Source: a virus. Taken from it: a stretch of 64,000 nucleotides of DNA. Below the pieces are notes generated by a model, which searched no databases, was not told where the DNA came from, and saw only the letters and a list, made by a program, of their open reading frames with translations. This document shows positions 24,988-35,005 of this stretch, in pieces (the first letter of the stretch is position 1; each line of letters begins with the position of its first letter). Location of the stretch: IMG/VR virus record IMGVR_UViG_3300043446_002688; one strand, given 5' to 3'. Position numbers and translations under genes: made by a program.

Positions 24988-26130
24988 ATGGGAAATTATG
25001 TAACTAAATCTACAAACATATGGACTGGTGTTGTTGAAGATACAAAAGATCCATTAAATCTTGGTCGTTGCAAGGTGCGTGTTTTTGGTGTTCATTCAGA
25101 TAATCTGCGTGAAGTTCCAACTTCCACATTACCTTGGGCAACACCAATTTATTCTCCAAACACAGGAAAAACATTCTCAACCTTGGTAGAAGGTGATTAT
25201 GTTATTGGTTATTTTCAAGACGGTGAAGGTTCTCAAGTTCCAGTTATTTTGGGTATAACTCCAGGTATTCTTGCTCAAGCATACAATAAAGCCAAAGGGT
25301 TTTCACCACAAAGCAAAGATCCAATCAAAACAGATTTACCAACAGGACAATCACACGGTCCAGTTACAACACCACCATCAGCAAGAAGTGATATTGCAAA
25401 TACAGCAATATATTACACAAACAAAGTTACAGACCATGCTTGTGATTTTAGATACCAAATAAACTTAGATGTGGGTTTAGGTACATTTATCAATCCTGTT
25501 ACAGCTATACAAGACGCAATTAAGGCAGGCAAAAACAGAGCTGCTATGCAAATGCGCTTATTGGTTGGTGTGTTGGCAGATAATTTGAGAAAAGCGGTCA
25601 ATGCAATTATTGCTGTATTAGGTTTGGACAAGACTGGTGTTTTGTCTATGAGTTATTCGGTAGCAAAAGACATTTTCAGAAAAATCAATGAAATGACAAT
25701 GAAAGTTGCTGAAGTTGTGGAAATGGCCGCATATTATACTTCATTGGTAAAAGAAATACAACAAATTATTGATTATCTAAAGAGTTTGCCATCAAGAGTC
25801 TTGGCAATGGTACAAGATTGTATCTTTGGTTTTGTGAATTCGATTAAAAACTTCGTAACTCAGGTAAAGGCTATTCCTGGTGCCGTTCAAAGTTCTGCGG
25901 AAAACATTTTCTCACAATTATCAAGTTCTGCAAACGAGACTCTAAATTTGGTAACTCAAAGTGCAACAGCCAATCCTGTGCCAGCATCGTTGTCTACTCT
26001 AATCAGTAATCCATCTGCGGCATCTGCAAATTTAGCAAATACATACTTGAGTACATTTGCAAACACAGAAACGACATTGGCAAATAGTACAGCAAATTCA
26101 TACAATAAATCCAAAACACAATCGCCATGA
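24988..26130 (+). CDS. gp5: Central spike gp5, N-terminal OB-fold part
   Basis: WTGVVEDTKDPLNLGRCKVRVFGVH...LPWA, EGDYVIGYFQDGE..QVPVILG; helical C-half, no T4-lysozyme motif seen. Confidence 0.85.
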   Translation: MGNYVTKSTNIWTGVVEDTKDPLNLGRCKVRVFGVHSDNLREVPTSTLPWATPIYSPNTGKTFSTLVEGDYVIGYFQDGEGSQVPVILGITPGILAQAYNKAKGFSPQSKDPIKTDLPTGQSHGPVTTPPSARSDIANTAIYYTNKVTDHACDFRYQINLDVGLGTFINPVTAIQDAIKAGKNRAAMQMRLLVGVLADNLRKAVNAIIAVLGLDKTGVLSMSYSVAKDIFRKINEMTMKVAEVVEMAAYYTSLVKEIQQIIDYLKSLPSRVLAMVQDCIFGFVNSIKNFVTQVKAIPGAVQSSAENIFSQLSSSANETLNLVTQSATANPVPASLSTLISNPSAASANLANTYLSTFANTETTLANSTANSYNKSKTQSP

Positions 26131-26963
26131 GTGAAAAACCAAGTTTTTACAAAGGGTTCTTTGAACCAGAATCAGCAGCAAATACTGATTATCAACCAGA
26201 ATATCGTTACAACAATGTGACGGCCACACCTCGTGGTCATATGTTTGAGTTGGACGATACACCAACCCGTGAACGCATTAGACTTTCACACCGTTCAGGC
26301 ACTTTTATTGAAATGCATCCTAACGGTGATGAGGTGCATAAGGTTTTTGGTGATGGTTATGAAATTACAATCAAAGACAAGAATGTATTAATCAAAGGTA
26401 CTTGTAATATCACCATCGAAGGTGATTGTAATATGCATATTATGGGTGACAAGGTTGAAACAATTGATGGTAATCTGGAACAACATATTAAGGGTAACTA
26501 CACACAGGTTGTTGAGAAAACAAGTAATATTACCACAGTAAACAATATGAGAATAACTGCTGGAGCTGGTATTGCTGGCAGTTTGACTATTTCCACAGGC
26601 GACTGTTTGATGTTGAATTGTGACTTATCAACTGAAGGTGAGATTACAGCCAACAAGATTACTTCACGCACCCGTATTGATGCTTTCACTGGAATGAGTG
26701 CAGGTGTCGATGGTTTCGTCACATTAACTGGTGGCGTAGGTGTTGGTGTTCCTGTTGCGGTACCAACAAAAGTTATATGTTCAACAGATGTTATTGCTGG
26801 TGCCACAGTTGATGCAGGAGTTGCAGTCAACTCACCAAGTGGTAATTTTGGTGTTATGAATGCTATTTTGATGACGGACGAAATGAATACAACAATATAC
26901 GATACGCACATTCATCCTTCACCAAAGGGTCCTACCGGACCACCAACATCACCGATGCTTTAA
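26127..26963 (+). CDS. Central spike beta-helix (gp5C-like) with C-terminal HxH
   Basis: YRYNNV..TPRGHMFELDDTP..ERI...HRSGTFIEMHPNG, beta-helix repeats, THIHPSP.GPTGPP. Confidence 0.8.
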   Translation: MSEKPSFYKGFFEPESAANTDYQPEYRYNNVTATPRGHMFELDDTPTRERIRLSHRSGTFIEMHPNGDEVHKVFGDGYEITIKDKNVLIKGTCNITIEGDCNMHIMGDKVETIDGNLEQHIKGNYTQVVEKTSNITTVNNMRITAGAGIAGSLTISTGDCLMLNCDLSTEGEITANKITSRTRIDAFTGMSAGVDGFVTLTGGVGVGVPVAVPTKVICSTDVIAGATVDAGVAVNSPSGNFGVMNAILMTDEMNTTIYDTHIHPSPKGPTGPPTSPML

Positions 26964-26972
26964 GGAGATATT

Positions 26973-27776
26973 ATGGGTATTTTTGAAAGACTAGGATACA
27001 ATTCGGCAGCGGTGGGAAACAATGTAATTGAGTTTTCCGCAAATGTTATTGCCTATATGAACACTTTGCCACCTTTACTGGAAACATGGCAAATGGAAGA
27101 TATCGCAAATAATGATGTTGGTGGATACTTCAAAAATCCAGTGGCCAATGTCACAAACAATATCTGGACAACCTGTAATACGATAATTTCGATAACCGGA
27201 CTCAGTTCTTCAAATATCAATGCAATTTATGTGGTGAGTTCAAATTTATCAGCAAACATCACTCCATCCTTCAAGGATCACACGGATAGATTGTCTGGTG
27301 TTTCTCCTGTCTCAGGAAATACAGCCGAATTACCACATTATAGTACCGCAATCGCCTCAGGTAAACTATTGACAAACTTAATATACCAATCTGATGGAGT
27401 TCAAAATAACGCACCAATTGTTGGCAATTTTACTAGTTTATACACAGAAAATGACTTGGTCTCTTATTATTCAACAATTCAAAACTATCCAACAATCATA
27501 CAAAACAGTATGATTTCAACAAGTGATGGATTGGGTGGTTACACATATTCATCAAATCTATCACAGGCAACTGCAAATGCGATGGTTGCCAATTTGACTA
27601 GTATCGCAACATTTATGAATTCCAGAAGAAACGGTGATGTTAGTTTTTACAACAATTCTCAGAATGTAATCAGAGACTACAAATCAGTTAGGGAGTTCAG
27701 TAACATGGGACAAACGCAAACCGAAATGATTAATTTGGTCGGATCTGACAAACTGAAAGAAAGACTAAATTCCTAA
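26973..27776 (+). CDS. Hypothetical virion-module protein
   Basis: 267-aa ORF with AAGGAG SD inside the baseplate cluster. Confidence 0.7.
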   Translation: MGIFERLGYNSAAVGNNVIEFSANVIAYMNTLPPLLETWQMEDIANNDVGGYFKNPVANVTNNIWTTCNTIISITGLSSSNINAIYVVSSNLSANITPSFKDHTDRLSGVSPVSGNTAELPHYSTAIASGKLLTNLIYQSDGVQNNAPIVGNFTSLYTENDLVSYYSTIQNYPTIIQNSMISTSDGLGGYTYSSNLSQATANAMVANLTSIATFMNSRRNGDVSFYNNSQNVIRDYKSVREFSNMGQTQTEMINLVGSDKLKERLNS

Positions 27777-27858
27777 AATTTCGATTTTTCACTTTCCGGC
27801 CCAAGAATTTTCTCCGACAGCTTCAAAGTTCCAAAAAGCGATTTTACTCCTACACTAA

Positions 27859-27866
27859 CATAAATA
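27859..27866 (+). promoter_or_regulatory. Late promoter CATAAATA for gp25
   Basis: One mismatch to T4 TATAAATA; directly before ATG 27871. Confidence 0.7.
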
Positions 27867-27870
27867 AAAG

Positions 27871-28263
27871 ATGGCAAACTTACAAAAGATTTACTCCGAT
27901 ATAGACTTCACGTTCACAAGAAACCCTGTGACGAGTGATGTTGCCTTGAGTTACGACAGGCAAGCGGTGATTCGTTCTATCAGAAATCTATTGCAAACAA
28001 AACACTACGATAGACTTTTTAATCCTGACCTAGGTTCAAATGTAGACGCAATTTTATTTGAAAATATGTCAGACATGACTGCAATGACCTTGCAGAGAGA
28101 AGTTTCTTCTTTAATTAAAACATATGAACCGAGAGCTATACTTAAAGAAGTGACTGTTTCTCCATTATTTGATAAAAATGCATACAATGTCAGTGTAACC
28201 TTTTTTATTGAAAATGCCACGCAGTCCACAACCGCAACAATTCTTTTAGAGAGAAACAGATAA
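27871..28263 (+). CDS. gp25: Baseplate wedge gp25
   Basis: YSDIDFTF..NPVT.DV, AVIRSIRNLL.T...RLFNP..GS, YEPRA. Confidence 0.92.
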   Translation: MANLQKIYSDIDFTFTRNPVTSDVALSYDRQAVIRSIRNLLQTKHYDRLFNPDLGSNVDAILFENMSDMTAMTLQREVSSLIKTYEPRAILKEVTVSPLFDKNAYNVSVTFFIENATQSTTATILLERNR

Positions 28264-28264
28264 A

Positions 28265-30349
28265 ATGGCAGGTGCAAATTCTAATATTCAAATAACAGAT
28301 TTGGATTTTGACACAATCAAAAACAATCTAAAGACATTCTTACGTTCACAAACAACTTTGCAAGACTATGACTATGAAGGTTCTGCATTGTCAACATTGT
28401 TGGATGTCTTGGCATATAACACACAATATAATGCATACTATTTGAACATGGTTGCCAACGAAATGTTCCTGGATACAGCAATTATGAGAAATTCTGTTGT
28501 CTCACAGGCAAAATTGTTAAATTATGTACCAAAATCTATCATTTCTCCATCAGCCAATGTCAATATCACAGTAAACGGTGTCACATCACCCACACTAACA
28601 TTGACCCGTGGTACAAAGTTAATGTCTGAATCTATTGATGGTGTTAATTACACATTTACAACCACAGATGATAAAACAGTTGAAGTTAACTTAGCAACCA
28701 ATGTGGCTGAGTTCAACAATGTCGAAATTAAACAAGGCGTCATTTCAACTGCAAGTTTTGCAGTAAACAATGCTGTTAATAAAAATTCTTTGTTTAGTAT
28801 ACCTGATGCAAATATTGATGTTACAACTATGACTGTAACTGTTGCACAATCAAGTTCCAATACCGCATTTGATGTTTACAAAGAATCAAAATCATTTCTT
28901 TCATTGAACAGTTCTTCTAAGGTATATTTCTTACAAGAAGGTTTGAATGGAAACTATGAAATATATTTTGGTGATGGTATATTAGGTAAAAAATTAGTTG
29001 ATGGAAATATTGTAACAATAACCTACATCAGTTCTAGTGGCACAGCATCTTCTGGTGCGAACAGTTTCATTTTAATGGACACAGTTGGCGGTTACTCAAA
29101 TGTTTCCTTTTCTAGTGTTACTGCGGCTTCTAAAGGTGCAGAAAGGGAAAGTATTGATTCTATTAAATTCCAAGCACCAAAAGCATACTCTGCCCAAGGT
29201 CGTGCAGTAAGTAAGGACGATTATATTACAGCCATTCAACAAAACAATCTAGGTTATTCTTTTGATGCTGTTAATGTTTGGGGTGGAGAAGATAATGATC
29301 CACCATCATATGGTTCAGTATTCATTTCTTTGAAACCAACTGGTGCATATGCATTTACACAAACACAAAAAGAAAAGTTGATTAATGATGTTGTGAAACC
29401 AATTTCTGTATTGACTGTCGAACCAAAAATTGTGGATCCAGATTACACATATCTACAATTAACAGCCAATGTTTTGTTTGATCCAAAGAGAACAAACTTA
29501 ACAGCAACACAACTACAATCAAATATCAAGGCTGCAATATCAAGTTATGCCAACACATCATTGAATACATTCAATTCAACATTCTCCGTGACAGATTTCA
29601 ATGAAGTTGTTAGAAATACCAATCAATCCATCATTGCAAATGAGATTGAAGTAAAAGTGCAGAAGAAATTCTATCCAAATTTAACAACACCAACAACCTA
29701 CAATCTATATTATGGAACAAAATTGAAGAAGGGTATGTTTGAAAGTGGTGTTAATTCTTCGCCATCTTTCCAACTTAGAAACCCACTAAACCTTGCACAG
29801 ACAATTGATGGTGTATTCATTGAAGAAGTTCCTTCATCTACTGGTGGTGTCGAATCAATTTCAATTTTGAATCCAGGTTTTAGTTATCAATCCACACCAA
29901 CAGTTACAATCAAAGGTGATGGCAAAGGCGCAACAGCAATTGCTACATTGAATACAAATGGAACAATCAAGTCGGTTAAAGTAACAAATTCTGGTTCGGG
30001 TTATACATCAGCGATTGCGGAAGTTACACCAGCAGCAAGTGATACAACAGGACAATCTGGTTCTTTAGTTGTCAACTTGGAAGGTCGTTACGGTACATTA
30101 AGAACATACTACAATAACACAAAGAATGTTAAAACTGTGTTAAATAATAATGTTGGTACAATTGATTATCAAGCAGGTATAGTTACATTAAACTCATTCA
30201 ACCCATTGAATGTGAACAATGAATTGGGTCAATTTACCATTACTGCCAATCCAACCACAACAATCATTTCATCTTCATTTAATAGAATCATAACAGTTGA
30301 TCCATTCGATGCAAGTGCTATTGTTGTTAATGTTACTGCCAAAACATGA
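28265..30349 (+). CDS. gp6: Baseplate wedge gp6
   Basis: LDFDTIKNNLKTFL...DYDYEGS.LS.LLDVLAYNT.YNAYYLNM..NEMFLD; QGRAVSKDDY. Confidence 0.95.
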   Translation: MAGANSNIQITDLDFDTIKNNLKTFLRSQTTLQDYDYEGSALSTLLDVLAYNTQYNAYYLNMVANEMFLDTAIMRNSVVSQAKLLNYVPKSIISPSANVNITVNGVTSPTLTLTRGTKLMSESIDGVNYTFTTTDDKTVEVNLATNVAEFNNVEIKQGVISTASFAVNNAVNKNSLFSIPDANIDVTTMTVTVAQSSSNTAFDVYKESKSFLSLNSSSKVYFLQEGLNGNYEIYFGDGILGKKLVDGNIVTITYISSSGTASSGANSFILMDTVGGYSNVSFSSVTAASKGAERESIDSIKFQAPKAYSAQGRAVSKDDYITAIQQNNLGYSFDAVNVWGGEDNDPPSYGSVFISLKPTGAYAFTQTQKEKLINDVVKPISVLTVEPKIVDPDYTYLQLTANVLFDPKRTNLTATQLQSNIKAAISSYANTSLNTFNSTFSVTDFNEVVRNTNQSIIANEIEVKVQKKFYPNLTTPTTYNLYYGTKLKKGMFESGVNSSPSFQLRNPLNLAQTIDGVFIEEVPSSTGGVESISILNPGFSYQSTPTVTIKGDGKGATAIATLNTNGTIKSVKVTNSGSGYTSAIAEVTPAASDTTGQSGSLVVNLEGRYGTLRTYYNNTKNVKTVLNNNVGTIDYQAGIVTLNSFNPLNVNNELGQFTITANPTTTIISSSFNRIITVDPFDASAIVVNVTAKT

Positions 30350-33171
30350 TAGTAAGTAATAATAAGACCTCATTATTGGTAACGCAACAGTTACCAGAAT
30401 TTGTCAGGGATAACCCAGACTACGCCAACTTTTCTCTGTTTCTGAAGGCATACTATGAATGGATGGAACAAACAGGTCAAGTTACAGAAGGTTCTAAGAA
30501 CCTTTTGTCGTATAAGGACATAGATAGAACTGCAAACAATTTCTTGCAGTATTTCACCAACGATTTTCTACCAAACTTTCCAAAAGAAACTTTGATTGAT
30601 GAACAACAGGCAATAAAAGTTGCCAAACAACTGTACAATTCTAAAGGTACACCTGCATCATATCAATTTCTCTTTAAGATTCTTTTCAATTCTGAGTTTG
30701 AATACTTTAATACAAAAGATGCCGTGTTTAAGGCATCTGATGGCATTTGGTATGTTGCAAAGAGTTTGAAGTTGAACACACAAGATGAACGTTTTTTGCA
30801 GATAGATAACTATCGTATCATTGGCGAAACAACTAAATCTATTGCAACAATCGAAAACTCAGTTGTTTCTGGTAATAAAATTGATGTATTCATTTCAAAC
30901 ATCGAACGATTATTTCAATCTGGAGAGTTTGTTCGTGTTGTAGACAACAACAATCAAGATATCATTATCAATGGTTCAAACCTTAGAGCAAAAGTTGTGG
31001 GTCAAGTCAGTCAATTAAGAGTTGATCCGAGAGCCAGAGGTTTACTATACAAAGTTGGTGATCCAGTAATTGTTTTTAACGGTCTGAGTTCAAACACTGG
31101 AATTGAAGCTACTGCTGAAGTTTCTGCAACAACTAGAGGTTCTATTCAGCGTATTAACGTTGTGAGTGGTGGTTATGGTTATACATACACACCAAATACT
31201 GTGATTGATATCACAGGTGATGGTTTAGGTGCGAAAGCAGTTGTAGGTTCTTTTGATCCAGACTTACGCAAACGAGCTAATGTCACCTTTGCACCAACAA
31301 GTTCTATTACATTAGCCAGATTCACCACAATCGGCAATACAAATTATACTTTCTTACAGAACCATCCAACCGCAAATGCCAACACATCGTTAGCAAACGC
31401 ATTTTCTTTTGCATCTTTTACCACTTATCCTCTATCATCCATTTTAGTTGAGAATGGTGGTGGAGGATTCTCAACAGTACCAACAGTATCAGCCACATCA
31501 ACTTATGAAAATGATACTGGTGGATTTGATGACATTAGTAAGTTGGGTATCTTATCACCAATACAAGTGTCTGTCCGTGGCCATGGTTACAGAGCAAACG
31601 ACAAGATTATTATTGAAGGTGGTTCTGGTGTTGGTGCATATGCCAATGTTATTTCTGTTGCGGCAAACGGCGCCATTCTGAATGTTGCATATGTTTATGA
31701 CCACACACAAAACATTCCAACATATCCTTTGGGCGGCCTTGGTTTCAGAAACGAAAACTTACCAACACTTAGAGTTGTATCTGCAAACAATCAAGCTGCA
31801 AATGCGGTACTGACTGTGCCTAGTGTTCTTGGTACTGGTGCATCATTCTCTGTTATTGTAGACCGTGCAGGTTCAGTAACATCAATTAAATTATTGACAG
31901 CGGGTGAAGATTATGTATCTACACCAAATGTTTCATTGAAGGTGCAAGATATTGTTGTATCTAATGTTTCTATCTTGGATCTTCCAAGAAAAGGTGATGT
32001 AATATACCAAGGTAGTAATGTTGAAGTATCATCCTACCGTTCAATGGTTAATTCAGTGTCATTATTGACACCATATAATAATCCTTCGCAGTCACTATAC
32101 AATTTGCGTGTGTTTAACTACACATCTAATCCTGATCCAACACTGAATCTAAAGATTGATAGAAACATCAACCTAATTATGGCAAATACTGCCATAGATT
32201 CTTCATACAACCAAAATGGTGTTAAGAATTATGGTGATGGCGCAGCAAAAGCAACGGCATCTTTCTTAAATGGTTTGTCATTAAGTCAAGGACAATACTT
32301 GAACGCACAAGGTCAACCAAGTTCATTTAGTGTATTGCAAAGTGAAAAATTCAACAACTATACTTATGAAATTACAGTTGAAAAAGAAATTGAGAAGTAT
32401 AGAAATGTGTTGAAGAGCTTGATACACCCAAGTGGTATGAAAGTTATTGGTAGGATGGCAGCCAAGATTCCATCAAACTTTGATTATCATGTACAGAAAG
32501 CTTTGTTTGATGCACGACCATTCTATTATTATGTTGGTGCAACTGGTACAACGGCAACAATTGCAACAGATTTTACCAACAAGAGCAACAACATCATCAA
32601 GTTTAATAACTTACTTGGTGCAAACCTTGCAAACATTATCTTTGCAAACTCAACAATCATTTCATTAGAGTCTGCACACGGCCCTAATGTTATGGCTCAA
32701 GTAACAAAAGTGGATTCAGTTTCAGATACAATTACGGTTGCAGGTAATGTTTGGTTGACATTCACAAATGTGGCCACAGCAACTGCAAATTCTGGTTCAA
32801 ACACCATAAATATTACAAGAGTTATAACCGACTCATACAATGTTGTTAACAACGGCACTTACAGTAACACCGCATATCCTTTGATGGATATATTATATCC
32901 TGGTGATACAGTATTGGTCGCAAACAACACAGCAAAAGTAATTAGTTCGGTAGACTATGCAAACGGTAAAATTTATCTGACAAGTAATTTGTCGAGCGCA
33001 GCAAACTCTTATTTGCATGTCAGAAGAACATCATGGATTGCAAACAGTGCAATTGTAGGAAACCAAATTAGACTATTAGGTCCAGTCGGAACAGTATACA
33101 TACCAGAACTTATGACAGAAGATGGTAGAATAATAATAACAGAAGATGGCAGAACAATTATATTGGGGTAA
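30346..33171 (+). CDS. gp7: Baseplate wedge gp7-like protein
   Basis: QLPEFVR, FLKAYYEWME, LYNSKGTPASY.FLF..LF, YTYEI, LIHPSGMK; follows gp6. Confidence 0.7.
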   Translation: MIVSNNKTSLLVTQQLPEFVRDNPDYANFSLFLKAYYEWMEQTGQVTEGSKNLLSYKDIDRTANNFLQYFTNDFLPNFPKETLIDEQQAIKVAKQLYNSKGTPASYQFLFKILFNSEFEYFNTKDAVFKASDGIWYVAKSLKLNTQDERFLQIDNYRIIGETTKSIATIENSVVSGNKIDVFISNIERLFQSGEFVRVVDNNNQDIIINGSNLRAKVVGQVSQLRVDPRARGLLYKVGDPVIVFNGLSSNTGIEATAEVSATTRGSIQRINVVSGGYGYTYTPNTVIDITGDGLGAKAVVGSFDPDLRKRANVTFAPTSSITLARFTTIGNTNYTFLQNHPTANANTSLANAFSFASFTTYPLSSILVENGGGGFSTVPTVSATSTYENDTGGFDDISKLGILSPIQVSVRGHGYRANDKIIIEGGSGVGAYANVISVAANGAILNVAYVYDHTQNIPTYPLGGLGFRNENLPTLRVVSANNQAANAVLTVPSVLGTGASFSVIVDRAGSVTSIKLLTAGEDYVSTPNVSLKVQDIVVSNVSILDLPRKGDVIYQGSNVEVSSYRSMVNSVSLLTPYNNPSQSLYNLRVFNYTSNPDPTLNLKIDRNINLIMANTAIDSSYNQNGVKNYGDGAAKATASFLNGLSLSQGQYLNAQGQPSSFSVLQSEKFNNYTYEITVEKEIEKYRNVLKSLIHPSGMKVIGRMAAKIPSNFDYHVQKALFDARPFYYYVGATGTTATIATDFTNKSNNIIKFNNLLGANLANIIFANSTIISLESAHGPNVMAQVTKVDSVSDTITVAGNVWLTFTNVATATANSGSNTINITRVITDSYNVVNNGTYSNTAYPLMDILYPGDTVLVANNTAKVISSVDYANGKIYLTSNLSSAANSYLHVRRTSWIANSAIVGNQIRLLGPVGTVYIPELMTEDGRIIITEDGRTIILG

Positions 33172-33174
33172 ACA

Positions 33175-34995
33175 ATGTCAACAGTAAAGATTTCGGAATT
33201 ACCATTAATTACGGCACTTAATGCCAACACAGCACAGACAATATTCTTGGCTGTGGACACCATCACCGATGTGACTGGTAGATTTACTGGTACAACACTA
33301 GCACAAGGCTTATATTCACACAATGTGTTGAATGTGGGTAACAATGCTGTTGTTTTACCCAATATCACCGGACAATTTGCTGGGTCATCGGACTATTATC
33401 TACAACTAAACCTACAAAATAATAGTGGTAATGGTTCAGGTGACATTGTTATTACCGCAAATAACGGTACAGATTCCACATATTATATTGATATGGGTTT
33501 AAATGGTTCAACATACAACTATGATGGATATACCTACGCAAAACCTCTGGACGGTTATCTGATTGTTCAGGGTGATACATCTGCGTTGCCTGGTGGTAAC
33601 CTGGTGATAGGTACAACTACTCCAAATAAGAATGTATCGTTTGTTTTGGGAACCACAGATGCAACTGGCATCATTGCACAGTTTGTACACAACCAAGGTT
33701 TCAAAATGATTGGCAAACCAATCATCTTTCAAGACAACACTTCTCAGAATACCGCAGCGGCACCTTTCATATACAGTAACGCATCATTCTTACATGCCAA
33801 CTCCGGTTTCGTTCACGCAAACGCAGCCATTCTAAAAGCAAACGCAGCATTTATTGTTGCAAACTCGGGCGCAGCATTTGCCAATACTGTTGCTGATACT
33901 GCCGCACAGGCCATCATCAACGCCGCAACAGCAGATTCTAAGGCAGTTACTGCTGGTAACTATGCAAACTCAGCATTCTTAAAGGCGAATACACCAACAC
34001 ATGTTGCAAACTCTGCTGCGTTGTATGCTAACGGTGCTTTCATAAAGGCAAACGCTGCATTTGCATCTGCTAACGCAACAGATTCTTATGCATATTTTGG
34101 TTACACACACGCAAACTCTGCATTTGCCAAGGCCAACTCTGCACTTGCAAATACATCTGGTACATTTGCTGGTTCAATGACAATTACAGACAACTTAAAT
34201 GTTAATGGTGTCATCAAGTTTGCAAACTCATCATTCGGTTCAAGTCAGGCATTGGTTACAATTAGTGCATCAAATACAGGCATAACACAAACTCCAGGTG
34301 GTGATGGTTATGTTCTGCATATTACAGGCAAACATAATGTTTCAACAAGAGTTATTTCAGATTCTTATGGTGCTAACGGACAATTAGTTTTTCCTATATT
34401 TGGTGGCCGTGCAGCACGAGGTAATGTATCACATCCATCTGCTGTTCAGACTGATGATGTATTGACACGCATCGGCGCAAGCGGTTATGGGGCGACCGCA
34501 TGGCAATCTGGAGGAACATCAAGAATTGATTTTGTTGCAACAGAAAATTATACAGACACAACTCGTGGTTCAGCAATCAAGTTCTACAATGTTGAGAACG
34601 GTTCAAACACACTAGTAAATATTGCAACCTTCAATGCAAATAATGTTTCATTTACTGGTTATGTAAATCCATCGAAAGGTGTCGTATATTCACCAAGATT
34701 ACCAGCAGGTCCACAGACTGCAATCACGATTGACTATATATCAGACTCGGTGATTAAAGCCAACTGTGCTGCTGATGTAACAATTTCACACAGTAACTAT
34801 GTTGCAGGTAAAATTGTTGAAATGTGGTTAGTCAATACAGACAACTCAAACCACACCATCACACACGGTTGTGCTGCGTTGCGTTCAACAAACAAATCAA
34901 CTACTGTCACAATTACTGCGGGAAGTTCTATGTACATGAAGTTCTTTAGTATTGACGGTGATAATGCAAACACATTCGTTTCTATTAATGGTTAA
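33175..34995 (+). CDS. Baseplate-associated fibre
   Basis: MSTVKISELP N-terminus, ANxA heptads, beta-rich C-terminus. Confidence 0.7.
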   Translation: MSTVKISELPLITALNANTAQTIFLAVDTITDVTGRFTGTTLAQGLYSHNVLNVGNNAVVLPNITGQFAGSSDYYLQLNLQNNSGNGSGDIVITANNGTDSTYYIDMGLNGSTYNYDGYTYAKPLDGYLIVQGDTSALPGGNLVIGTTTPNKNVSFVLGTTDATGIIAQFVHNQGFKMIGKPIIFQDNTSQNTAAAPFIYSNASFLHANSGFVHANAAILKANAAFIVANSGAAFANTVADTAAQAIINAATADSKAVTAGNYANSAFLKANTPTHVANSAALYANGAFIKANAAFASANATDSYAYFGYTHANSAFAKANSALANTSGTFAGSMTITDNLNVNGVIKFANSSFGSSQALVTISASNTGITQTPGGDGYVLHITGKHNVSTRVISDSYGANGQLVFPIFGGRAARGNVSHPSAVQTDDVLTRIGASGYGATAWQSGGTSRIDFVATENYTDTTRGSAIKFYNVENGSNTLVNIATFNANNVSFTGYVNPSKGVVYSPRLPAGPQTAITIDYISDSVIKANCAADVTISHSNYVAGKIVEMWLVNTDNSNHTITHGCAALRSTNKSTTVTITAGSSMYMKFFSIDGDNANTFVSING

Positions 34996-35005
34996 TAAAT
35001 AAATC

